From Bacillota bacterium (GTDB taxonomy: Bacteria; Bacillota; Clostridia; Oscillospirales; CAG-382), in the NCBI GenBank assembly GCA_029550965.1, contig JAKPGJ010000038.1, positions 3,057 to 67,056 of the forward strand: a stretch of 64,000 nucleotides of DNA, in the 5' to 3' direction. The notes beneath the pieces were generated by a model. That model was not told the origin of the DNA, did no database searches, and worked only from the letters and a program-made list of their open reading frames with translations. Below are positions 17,302 to 26,112 of the stretch, in pieces. Within the stretch, counting starts at the first letter, position 1. Every line of letters starts with the position of its first letter. Both the position numbers and the translations under genes were made by a program.

Positions 17302-18189
17302 ATGAAGAACTATATAGAATCGTTTTGCAAAGAATTCGGTTTTCCCGATGAAGCGAAAGAAGCGCTTCTGAACTGTTACGACGCCGTCCGCGCGAATCCG
17401 GAAGCGTTCTCCCTCTTTCAGGAGCCGGTGGAACTGTACTTCGGCGGCCAGCTGACCGACTATACGCGCGCTTTGGGAATGATGGACAAAGCCGCCGAGC
17501 TGGCCGGCGTTCATCGATTTACGGTTCATATGCTGTTTTACGTCTGCCTGTCCAAGCACACAAGGGCGCTTTACCTGAAGCGCGGGATTCCCTATTCGGT
17601 TTACTTTGATTCCATGAGCGACCTGAAGTGGAAGCTGTTTGAATGCAAAAAGGTGGAGAACATTTGGGGTACGGCTTCCGGATGGTGGGCGCCGCGCTTC
17701 TTCGACCTGACCCGCTTCGCGCTCGGCCGGCTGCAGTTTGAGACAGCGCTCGCCGAAATGACATACGCCAAAAACGGCTATACCGTAAACCCCGACGACA
17801 CGGTTCTAAACATACATATTCCTTCCAGCGGGCCGCTTTACCACGAGGAATGCCTTGCGTCCTACCGCATGGCCGCGGAGTTTTATAAAGACACGTTCAA
17901 GGACAAGCCGATTGTTTTCAAATGCTCTTCCTGGCTGCTTTATCCTGCGCATTACGAGTTTCTGCCCAAGAACTCCAACATTCTCAAGTTTATGGACGAT
18001 TTTGACATCGTTTCTTCGTACGTCGACGAAAAAAAGGGTTTTCTGTGGCGGATTTTCCATACCCTGAATTGCGACGACCTTGACGCGCTCCCCTGCGAAA
18101 CCTCCCTGCAGCGCGCTTACATCGACTGGCTGAAAAAAGGGAACCCGGTCGGCGTCGGAATCGGTTTTTTCATTTACAACCAAAAATAA
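17302..18189 (+). CDS. Acyltransferase-domain protein (N-acyltransferase N-terminal / GNAT-like C-terminal type), function unknown
   Basis: The ORF-track ORF begins at 17242. I prefer the ATG at 17302 (MKNYIESFCKEFGFPDEAKEAL...), which has GGAG 8 nt upstream. The family call rests on resemblance from memory only. Confidence 0.55.
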   Translation: MKNYIESFCKEFGFPDEAKEALLNCYDAVRANPEAFSLFQEPVELYFGGQLTDYTRALGMMDKAAELAGVHRFTVHMLFYVCLSKHTRALYLKRGIPYSVYFDSMSDLKWKLFECKKVENIWGTASGWWAPRFFDLTRFALGRLQFETALAEMTYAKNGYTVNPDDTVLNIHIPSSGPLYHEECLASYRMAAEFYKDTFKDKPIVFKCSSWLLYPAHYEFLPKNSNILKFMDDFDIVSSYVDEKKGFLWRIFHTLNCDDLDALPCETSLQRAYIDWLKKGNPVGVGIGFFIYNQK

Positions 18190-18192
18190 AAG

Positions 18193-18230
18193 AACACCCT
18201 TAAAGCGCGCAACGCTTTAAGGGTGTTTTT
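18193..18230 (+). terminator. Rho-independent terminator
   Basis: AACACCCTTAAAGCG-CGCAA-CGCTTTAAGGGTGTTTTT. Confidence 0.85.
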
Positions 18231-18257
18231 GTGCGGTTATAACTAAATAAGCAGGGC

Positions 18258-18680
18258 TTATTCCGTTTCGGCTTTGCCGGCCGGGGCGCCTGAAGCGGCA
18301 GACGCCTGCTTGTTTTTGCTTTTCATTCTGATGTTGTATAGTAAGAATAACACGATGAAAACATTCAATATGAAAACGATTGCAAAAACTTTATTATCTT
18401 GTGTTTCAGAATATATTCCATACGTAAAGACTTCCTGATAACCCGGATAGCCGATTAACTTTCCCGCAATCAGCTGAACTGTTCCGTCCAAAAGGGACAA
18501 AACCGAAAAAAACGCCGCGGTTGTAAGGAATAAATCCTTTAAGCCATTGAACTTAAAGGCGATAATGCAGATCAGGCAGGAAACGGCCAAACTCAATAAA
18601 ATCGAGGAATACCAGGTCATTGGGAATATAAGGAAAAAGACGATTGCGTATAGCGAACCCGCAAACGATGCGGCCGCCAT
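18258..18680 (-). CDS. Polytopic small membrane protein. It is possibly the 3' part of a longer gene interrupted by an in-frame TGA (see findings).
   Basis: 140-aa ORF with 4 hydrophobic helices and no RBS before the ATG at 18680. An in-frame upstream segment (TTG at 18794 after AAAGGAG) is separated from it only by the TGA at 18698-18696. Confidence 0.6.
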   Translation of the reverse strand: MAAASFAGSLYAIVFFLIFPMTWYSSILLSLAVSCLICIIAFKFNGLKDLFLTTAAFFSVLSLLDGTVQLIAGKLIGYPGYQEVFTYGIYSETQDNKVFAIVFILNVFIVLFLLYNIRMKSKNKQASAASGAPAGKAETE

Positions 18681-18832
18681 ACGAACAATATTGAATCAGC
18701 CGGAAGTCAGCACTACAATGAGAACGCATATAAAAACCAACGCGAAATTTTTAATGGCTATATCATCGATATATAGGATAATTACATCTTCCAACGAAAC
18801 TGCTCCTTTGAAGACTTGTTCAGGAGTCGTTT

Positions 18833-20002
18833 TTACTTTATGACAAACTTCGCGAACTTGTTCTTTCCTTTGCTGAGAACGTATGTGCCCGCTTTGTCAA
18901 TCACCGCGTTGACGTCGCTGACCAGTTCGCCGTCCAGTTTAATGCCGTTGCCCTGAATCAGTCTTCTTGCCTCGCTGATGGAGGGCGCAAGGTTCGCTTG
19001 CACGAGCAAGGCCGTGATTCTGCTTCCCGCTTCGGCCTCATACTCGTCGATGTTGTCCGGAATTCCGCCCTTCGCAACGCTTCTGTACCGTTCAGCCGCG
19101 GGCGCGACCGCTTCCTCGCCGTGATACAGGCGCACGATGGCGGAAGCGTACAGGAAGTGCGCTTCGCGGATGTCTTTCTCAATGAGCGGTTTGTAGTCGG
19201 ATTCTTTTAAGTCGGTCGTCAGGTTGAAGTAGGTTAAAAGCAGATGGTCCGGCACCTTCATGCACTTCTCGAACATAATGTCCGCCGGCTCGTCGATGCC
19301 GATGTAGTTGTCGAGCGACTTGCTCATCTTCTCGACGCCGTCCAGTCCGGGCAGCAGCGGGAAGGTGATAACCTCCTGCGAGGGCTGGCCATAGTCCTTC
19401 TGCAGTTCTCTGCCCACCAACAGGTTGAAGGTCTGGTCGGTTCCGCCGACCTCAATGTCCGCGCGCAGCGCGACCGAGTCATAACCCTGCATCAGCGGAT
19501 ACAAAAGCTCGTGGATGCCGATGGCCTGATTCTCTTTGAAACGCTTGCTGAAGTCGTCGCGCTCCATAATGCGGGCGACCGTATACTTTCCGGCGAGCGA
19601 GAGCACGTCGGCGAAATTCATTTTTCCGAGCCACTCGGAGTTGTACGCAATGATGGTCTTGTCTTTGTCCAGGATTTTGGTTACCTGCTCCAAATAGCTC
19701 TGCGCGTTCCTTCTGGTTTCCTCAAAGGTCAGCGGAACGCGGGTTTTGCTTCTTCCCGAAGGGTCGCCGATCATGCCGGTGAAGTCGCCGATGACGAATA
19801 TGATTTCGTGGCCTAAATCCTGCAGCATCTTCAGCTTGCGCAGAACGACGGAATGCCCCAAATGCAAATCGGGCCTGCTCGGGTCCGCGCCCATTTTTAC
19901 TCTCAGTTTTCTGCCGCTTTCCAGTTTTTCTTTCAGCCCTTCCGCAGAATATACGGAAACGGCGTCTCGCATAATATTCTCGTATACTTCTCTGGGTGTC
20001 AT
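18833..20002 (-). CDS. tyrS: Tyrosine--tRNA ligase (short, type 2 TyrRS with a C-terminal S4-like domain)
   Basis: 389 aa with the class I signatures HLGH (PDLHLGHSV) and KMSKS (EKMSKSL). Confidence 0.92.
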   Translation of the reverse strand: MTPREVYENIMRDAVSVYSAEGLKEKLESGRKLRVKMGADPSRPDLHLGHSVVLRKLKMLQDLGHEIIFVIGDFTGMIGDPSGRSKTRVPLTFEETRRNAQSYLEQVTKILDKDKTIIAYNSEWLGKMNFADVLSLAGKYTVARIMERDDFSKRFKENQAIGIHELLYPLMQGYDSVALRADIEVGGTDQTFNLLVGRELQKDYGQPSQEVITFPLLPGLDGVEKMSKSLDNYIGIDEPADIMFEKCMKVPDHLLLTYFNLTTDLKESDYKPLIEKDIREAHFLYASAIVRLYHGEEAVAPAAERYRSVAKGGIPDNIDEYEAEAGSRITALLVQANLAPSISEARRLIQGNGIKLDGELVSDVNAVIDKAGTYVLSKGKNKFAKFVIK

Positions 20003-20090
20003 ATGCTCCTCTATACAGTTTCATCGGCATGCGATGCCGATGAAAACTTCCTTTCTATTTCTATATAGTTAGTTTTATTATATAGCCTGA

Positions 20091-21545
20091 TTAATAATAC
20101 AATGACGGGAACGACTGAACAGCCGGGATGTTGTCGTATTTCGCCAGCTCTTCCTCGTTAATTGCGATGGAATCGTAATGTGTCTGGACATACTCGAAGT
20201 ATTTTGCGTCCTTCATTTCGTCCTCGACCGTCTCGTAATAGTTCCGCAGGTCGCTTTCGTCCAGTTCGACTCTTCTAAAGATATAATACCCGTAGGTAAC
20301 GCCGCCGTCTTTGAACTCATACAAAATATACTCGCCGGGTTTGGCGGCGTCAATCGCCTGGATGATGTCCTCTTTGGCGTCTTCCCTGGATATTACCCTG
20401 CCCGCCTGGAACTGGTATAAAGCGTCGGCACCGCCCTCTTTGAACTCTATCTTGTTCTCTTTGAGATTCTCATACATTTCCTCGGCGCCGGCTTTGACCT
20501 TCTCTTTTGACATTGCCTGCCTTACTTCGGTGATTTTTTTATCGAAATCGTCGTCCGAAGTCGTCAGCTTGCGGATAATATGCCAGCCGTACTTGGTTTG
20601 AACCAGCCGTACTTCATCGGGCTCCATTTCGAAGGAAGCGTTTTCAAACTCGCTGACCATATCGCCGCGGGTAAATATCATGGTCGCGGACGAATCGGAT
20701 TTTTCCTTCATGATATCGTCGTAGTTAACCGAGCCGTTCAGAATGCCTTCGTAAGCGGCCTTCGCTTCCTGCTCGGCCTGCGCGACCTTGTCGTCCGAGA
20801 GCGGGTTTTCGTTGGTGTCAACGGTCATATATAAGATATGCTGCACCTTGACGTAATTCTGGTCAAAATACGCTCTTGCCTGCTCGTCCGTAATGGATTT
20901 GTCCACATAAGGAACGGTGTTGTTGTTTTCATCCAGCGTGTAGTAGCTGAAGTACGCCATGTCTATTTTGTAGAAGTTGTTAAAGAACTTTTCGCGCACT
21001 TCGGCTTCCGGAATCCGCATGGTTCCGTTCTCGCCGTACCAGTAATCCAGCAGAAGCTGATAATAATAGAGATACTCATAATACTCGCGCAGCTGGGCAA
21101 GCGTGATTCCGTACTTGGCAAGCTCAAGCTTCAGCTCGTCCTCGCCGCCGAAGGTTTCCATCACTTGGTCCATCAGCTCGTCAATTTCCTGAATTTGCGT
21201 TTCGTCCGTAATCTTCAGCTCGTACTGGTTACAGAAATACTTTACAATCAGTATTCTCTTGCACAGTTCCTCGGTAGTATCCTTCAGCCATTCCGCGTAC
21301 GTCTTATTGTCCTCAAACGGCGAGCTCCAGAAGGAATCGTCGGAAGATATGTCCCGTCCGTAGTAGGCTTTGAAGTAATCGACGATTTCCCCTTTTCTCT
21401 CCGCCAGGATAAACGCGTACATGCCCGAGGACATCGTCATGTCCTTATACGTAAACATGGCCGGCGTTGATTTTTTACACGCTGAAAACGAAATGACCAT
21501 GATGGCCGCCAGTAAAAGGCATAACACTCTGCTAATCTTTTTCAT
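20091..21545 (-). CDS. Parvulin-type peptidyl-prolyl isomerase lipoprotein (PrsA/SurA-like foldase)
   Basis: 484 aa with a lipobox (ISFSACKKS), long helical chaperone-like regions and a PpiC rotamase segment (VQHILYMT...FENASFEM...TKYGWHIIRK). Confidence 0.75.
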   Translation of the reverse strand: MKKISRVLCLLLAAIMVISFSACKKSTPAMFTYKDMTMSSGMYAFILAERKGEIVDYFKAYYGRDISSDDSFWSSPFEDNKTYAEWLKDTTEELCKRILIVKYFCNQYELKITDETQIQEIDELMDQVMETFGGEDELKLELAKYGITLAQLREYYEYLYYYQLLLDYWYGENGTMRIPEAEVREKFFNNFYKIDMAYFSYYTLDENNNTVPYVDKSITDEQARAYFDQNYVKVQHILYMTVDTNENPLSDDKVAQAEQEAKAAYEGILNGSVNYDDIMKEKSDSSATMIFTRGDMVSEFENASFEMEPDEVRLVQTKYGWHIIRKLTTSDDDFDKKITEVRQAMSKEKVKAGAEEMYENLKENKIEFKEGGADALYQFQAGRVISREDAKEDIIQAIDAAKPGEYILYEFKDGGVTYGYYIFRRVELDESDLRNYYETVEDEMKDAKYFEYVQTHYDSIAINEEELAKYDNIPAVQSFPSLYY

Positions 21546-21740
21546 ACCGCTCTCTTTTCTCCGGTGATTTTATTTTAACTGCTTTCCGCTGGTCGCCGGG
21601 CAGGCGGAAGCCGTCGTTTGGTTATGAATACCCAATTTTATATAGTGAATTATATATTATTTTACGCATTTTGTCTATACTCTAATTGTTAGAAATTTGT
21701 GTAAATAATTCATTGTCTTTTTGTAAATACGCAGGACCGC

Positions 21741-24700
21741 TTACGCGCTGGCGTATTTGCTCAGAATCTTCCGAATCATGTCCAGATTGTTCTCGCCGCC
21801 GCGCAGCTTATAGGCGATATGCGGCTTTGCGCCCGCGGAGAACATAATGCCGCCCTTCAGCTCGGGGTCGCCCGCCAGGCGAGAGACCGCGCCGATGTCG
21901 ATATTCCTGTTGTAGAGGGAGATAATATTTCCCTTCTGCTCGATCGCGGTAAATCCCAAAAGGCTCGCCGCGTTCCGAATCAGCGAAATATCCACCAGAT
22001 TCTCAACCGGTTTGGGCAGGTCGCCGAACCGGTCGGTCAGTTCGTCGAGCAGGTCGTCCCTGTCCTCGTTGTTTTCGATGTTCGCGATTTTTCTGTAAAC
22101 ATCCATACGGATTTTCGACGAGCCGATATACTGCTCGGGTATGAACGCGTCGACCGCGATGTCCACCGAGCAGTCCATCTTGGGCTTGGGCGGGATACCC
22201 TTTTCCTCGTTGACCGCTTCCTCGAGTATTTTAATATAAAGGTCGTAACCGATGGCTTCCATATGACCGCTCTGCTCCGCGCCGAGAATATTGCCGGCGC
22301 CGCGCAGTTCAAGGTCGCGCATGGCGATTTTGAAACCGGAGCCGAACTCGGTGTATTCCTTGATCGCTCCAAGCCGCTTTGCGGCAATGTCGCTCAAAAG
22401 CGCGTCGTTGCGGTAGGTAAAGTAAGCGTACGCTTTTCGGGTAGAGCGCCCGACCCTGCCCCTTAACTGGTGCAGCTGCGCAAGCCCCATCTTGTCCGCG
22501 TCCTCGATGATCAGCGTGTTCGCGTTGGGGACGTTGACGCCGGTTTCGATAATGGTGGTGCATACAAGAATATCGATTTTTTCCGCAAGCATATCCGCCC
22601 AGACATCCGAAAGCTGCTCTTTGTCCATCTTGCCGTGTGCGACGGCGATGCCGACGTCGGGGAACGCTTCGGCAAGTTTTGCCGCCTTTGAATAGATGGA
22701 ATCAACATAGTTATGCAGGTAGAACACCTGCCCGCCTCTGCGCAGTTCCTTGCGGATCGCTTCGTGGATGATTTCCTCGTCGTACTCGAGCACATAGGTC
22801 TGAACCGGCACCCTGTCCGACGGCGCCTCCTCAAGTATGGACATATCCCGGATGCCGGACAGCGCCATGTTTAAGGTTCTCGGAATCGGCGTTGCCGTCA
22901 GCGTGAGCACATGGACGTTGTTCGCGAGCTGCTTTAGCCGCTCTTTGTGCGCGACGCCGAAACGCTGTTCCTCGTCGACGATCAACAGCCCCAAATCACG
23001 GAACTCTATATCCTTCTGCAAAAGCCTGTGGGTGCCGACGACAATATCGATTTCGCCGCGCCTTAACCCTTTTATAATCTGCGCCTGCTCGGTCTTGCTG
23101 ACAAAACGCGAAAGCATCGCGATTTTAATCGGAAACCCCCTGAACCGCGCCTGCATCGTCTGGTAATGCTGCAAAGCAAGGATGGTCGTCGGCACAAGGA
23201 AAGCCACCTGCTTTCCGCCGTACACGCACTTAAAGGCGGCGCGCAGCGAAACCTCGGTTTTTCCGAATCCGACGTCGCCGCACAGCAGCCTGTCCATCGG
23301 CACGGTCCGCTGCATATCCTCCTTGATTTCTTTGGACGCGATGATCTGCCCTTCGGTCTCGGTGTATTCGAACAGCGACTCAAACTCATCCTGCATCTCG
23401 TCGTCCGGACCGAACGCGTACGCCTGCTTTTTCTGACGCTCGGCGTACAGGCGGATTAACTCTTTGGCGATGTCGGAAGCCGCCGCTTTCGCCCTCGCTT
23501 TGGCGCGCTTCCACTCGGCGGAACCCATTTTCGAGAGTTTCACCGTTTCCTTGCCGCCGATAAACTTGCTGACCATGTCCAGCTGGTTGCAGGGAACATA
23601 CAAAATGCCGTTGTCGGCGTATACAATTTTGATAAAGTCCTTTGTAACGCCCTCGGTGGTCAGCTTCTGGATTCCCGCGAAGCGTCCGATGCCGTGGTTG
23701 ACGTGCACCACGAGGTCGCCCGGTTCTAAGTCGGCGTAAGAAGCGATCTTCTCGCCCTTTTTGACCTTGAGCGCCCTGCCTTTGCCCAATTTTGAAAGTC
23801 CGGCGCTCTCGCGCACCGATTCCGCGTCGGTCAAAAGCACAAAACCGGCGCGGTCAAGCTCGAACCCTCCGACCGGATTTGCGGAAGCCAAAACGCCGAC
23901 CGCGACCATTCCCGGATACAATGCGCCGGCGAAGGGGAAGGCTTTGAATCCCCTGTGCTCAAGGTTCTCGATCATGTTCTTTGCGGCGCGTTCGCTGCCG
24001 GTTAGAATCAGCGCTTTCTGCTTTAAGCTGACATAGGTTTGAAGGTCGTCGTACAAAAGCTCGATGTTGTGTCCGAACGAGGTTACGCTTTTTGCGACGA
24101 TGTTGTACTGCGCCTTGTAGTCGAACAATTTTCCGGACGCCAGGAAAAGGTCGAGCGCGATAACCTTGCGCCCTAATTTTTCAAAGATATATTCGCCGGC
24201 GATGGCGACGTCCGCCGTTTTGTACGTGCAGCTGCCGGCAGCGACATGCGACTCTATGCTCTGGCTGACCGTGAAGTCAAACCCCTTTTTCCGTTCCTTT
24301 ACCCTGCTGGTTTCATACACAAACGCGATATAATCGCCCATATAATCCAGCAGGCATTCCTTCTCGGGATAAATGAGCGCGAAGAACCGGTCTGCAAAGG
24401 CGACGCGCTCGCCGTTCTCGGTTTCCTCCAGCTCTTTTTTCAGCGTTTCGCGCTGTTTCTCCGTCCCTTTAAAGTTCCTGATCAGCCGGTTCAGTTCGTT
24501 TTGGACGCGCTGAAGCGCTTCGCCGTCGATCAGCAGTTCCTGCGCCGGAATCACGGTCGCTTCGGTCAGATTCTCGTACCTGCGCTGCGTGACGATGTCA
24601 AAAAATCCGATCAGATCGACTTCGTCTCCGAAAAAGTCGATTCTGAACGGTTCCTTGTACTGCGGCGAAAAAATATCGATAATGCCGCCGCGCAGCGCGA

Positions 24701-25211
24701 ACTGCCCGGCGCCCTCCACGACTTCGGTGCGGGTATAGCCCAGATCGACCAGCTTCGCGCATACCTCCTGAATCGGGATGCTCTGCCCCCTTTTCAGCAC
24801 CAGGCTGTTTTGCATAATTCTGCGGGGAATGGTATATTGCGACATCGCGTCGGGCAAAGTAATAATTACATCGAAGTTGCCGGTCAGTATGTTCTGCAGA
24901 ACGCTCAGGCGCTCGTGCTCCCACTCGCGCGAATAGCTTTTTACGTTGTCAAACACGAAATCCCTGACCGGATAAATCAGAACCCGGTCAAAGAAAAGCT
25001 CCAAGTCCTTTTGCAGCCGGTAGGCGTCCTTCTCGTCGGAAACCACTACCAGCCCTTTGGAGTTGGTTTCCTTTAATACCGCCGCGGTTAAAAAAGGGCG
25101 CGCGGAATCGCATATACCGTTGACCATACAGGGTATATGTCCGTCGCGTATGCCTTTTATCAGGGCGTTGTATTCGTTTTCAGCATTGAACTGCTTTAAG
25201 ATTGCTTCCAT
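21741..25211 (-). CDS. mfd: Transcription-repair coupling factor Mfd
   Basis: 1156 aa with a UvrB-homology N-terminus, an RNAP-interaction (CarD-like) domain, superfamily-2 translocase motifs (GDVGFGKTEV, LLIVDEEQRFG) and a TRG motif region. Confidence 0.95.
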   Translation of the reverse strand: MEAILKQFNAENEYNALIKGIRDGHIPCMVNGICDSARPFLTAAVLKETNSKGLVVVSDEKDAYRLQKDLELFFDRVLIYPVRDFVFDNVKSYSREWEHERLSVLQNILTGNFDVIITLPDAMSQYTIPRRIMQNSLVLKRGQSIPIQEVCAKLVDLGYTRTEVVEGAGQFALRGGIIDIFSPQYKEPFRIDFFGDEVDLIGFFDIVTQRRYENLTEATVIPAQELLIDGEALQRVQNELNRLIRNFKGTEKQRETLKKELEETENGERVAFADRFFALIYPEKECLLDYMGDYIAFVYETSRVKERKKGFDFTVSQSIESHVAAGSCTYKTADVAIAGEYIFEKLGRKVIALDLFLASGKLFDYKAQYNIVAKSVTSFGHNIELLYDDLQTYVSLKQKALILTGSERAAKNMIENLEHRGFKAFPFAGALYPGMVAVGVLASANPVGGFELDRAGFVLLTDAESVRESAGLSKLGKGRALKVKKGEKIASYADLEPGDLVVHVNHGIGRFAGIQKLTTEGVTKDFIKIVYADNGILYVPCNQLDMVSKFIGGKETVKLSKMGSAEWKRAKARAKAAASDIAKELIRLYAERQKKQAYAFGPDDEMQDEFESLFEYTETEGQIIASKEIKEDMQRTVPMDRLLCGDVGFGKTEVSLRAAFKCVYGGKQVAFLVPTTILALQHYQTMQARFRGFPIKIAMLSRFVSKTEQAQIIKGLRRGEIDIVVGTHRLLQKDIEFRDLGLLIVDEEQRFGVAHKERLKQLANNVHVLTLTATPIPRTLNMALSGIRDMSILEEAPSDRVPVQTYVLEYDEEIIHEAIRKELRRGGQVFYLHNYVDSIYSKAAKLAEAFPDVGIAVAHGKMDKEQLSDVWADMLAEKIDILVCTTIIETGVNVPNANTLIIEDADKMGLAQLHQLRGRVGRSTRKAYAYFTYRNDALLSDIAAKRLGAIKEYTEFGSGFKIAMRDLELRGAGNILGAEQSGHMEAIGYDLYIKILEEAVNEEKGIPPKPKMDCSVDIAVDAFIPEQYIGSSKIRMDVYRKIANIENNEDRDDLLDELTDRFGDLPKPVENLVDISLIRNAASLLGFTAIEQKGNIISLYNRNIDIGAVSRLAGDPELKGGIMFSAGAKPHIAYKLRGGENNLDMIRKILSKYASA

Positions 25212-25232
25212 TCGTAACTCTGACCGTCGTTG

Positions 25233-25823
25233 CTAATTGTACAGGCTCATCGCCTTGTCGATCTCGTCATTCAGTATAAGTTCGACCGCGCTGAAAACTT
25301 TGTCGAAACCGGAGGCAAGCGCATTTTTCTCCGCGGGCGTCAGCTTGGAAAGTACATAGTCGGCAAGGTCGTACTCCTTGTTTTCCCGGTCGCCGATTCC
25401 GATTTTGATGCGCGGGAAGTTCTCCCCGATATGCTCGATGATGCTTTTTATGCCGTTATGACCGCCGCTGCTGCCCTTGCGCCGGATGCGCAGTCTGCCC
25501 GGTTCGAGCGAGATGTCGTCAAAAATAACGATAATCTTCTCGGGCGGTATTTTATAGAACCGCGCGGCGTCCGCAATCGCTTCGCCGGAATTGTTCATAT
25601 AGGTCTGGGGCTTCATGAGAAGAACGCCCTTTCCCCCGATTACGCCTTTTCCGGTCAACGCCATGTGCTTGAGGCTTTTTACGGATATATCCGCTCTGCC
25701 GGAGATATAGTCCAGCGCCATAAAGCCGATATTGTGCCGCGTGTTCGCGTACTGTTCTCCCGGATTGCCGAGCCCGGCGATGATATACTCACAGGATTTT
25801 TCCTTTATTCCAAACAAACTCAC
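25233..25823 (-). CDS. pth: Peptidyl-tRNA hydrolase
   Basis: 196 aa containing IIAGLGNPGEQYANTRHNIGF and GGHNGIKSI motifs. It lies directly upstream of mfd, which is the conserved pth-mfd order. Confidence 0.92.
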   Translation of the reverse strand: MSLFGIKEKSCEYIIAGLGNPGEQYANTRHNIGFMALDYISGRADISVKSLKHMALTGKGVIGGKGVLLMKPQTYMNNSGEAIADAARFYKIPPEKIIVIFDDISLEPGRLRIRRKGSSGGHNGIKSIIEHIGENFPRIKIGIGDRENKEYDLADYVLSKLTPAEKNALASGFDKVFSAVELILNDEIDKAMSLYN

Positions 25824-26112
25824 TTTTTCTTACTCCAAATACGTTTATAGTATGAAGCAGCTAATTCAATATCCATATTAGTTTACTTCCCATATACTTT
25901 TTTGTCAATACGGTTAAAAAGACATAATAATGTAACTATTTGAAATTTTAAACAAAAATCTATGGACAAATTATTAGGATTTGGTATAATATATATGTTT
26001 GAAAAAAATTCCATACCGTGTCCCCGCGTCCGTTTTTGTTTTCTCCGCGTTACTTACATAAAAATATATTTTATTTTAAATATATATTTTAAAAACGGAG
26101 GACATAAAATTT

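Noticed and set aside
18696-18698. Reading the in-frame TGA as selenocysteine, or as Trp/Gly under an alternative genetic code.
   Set aside because: TGA terminates other well-supported genes in this window, such as the GNAT gene ending at 30542. The codon lies in a hydrophobic membrane segment with no obvious SECIS-like hairpin. A nonsense mutation or sequencing error is more parsimonious.
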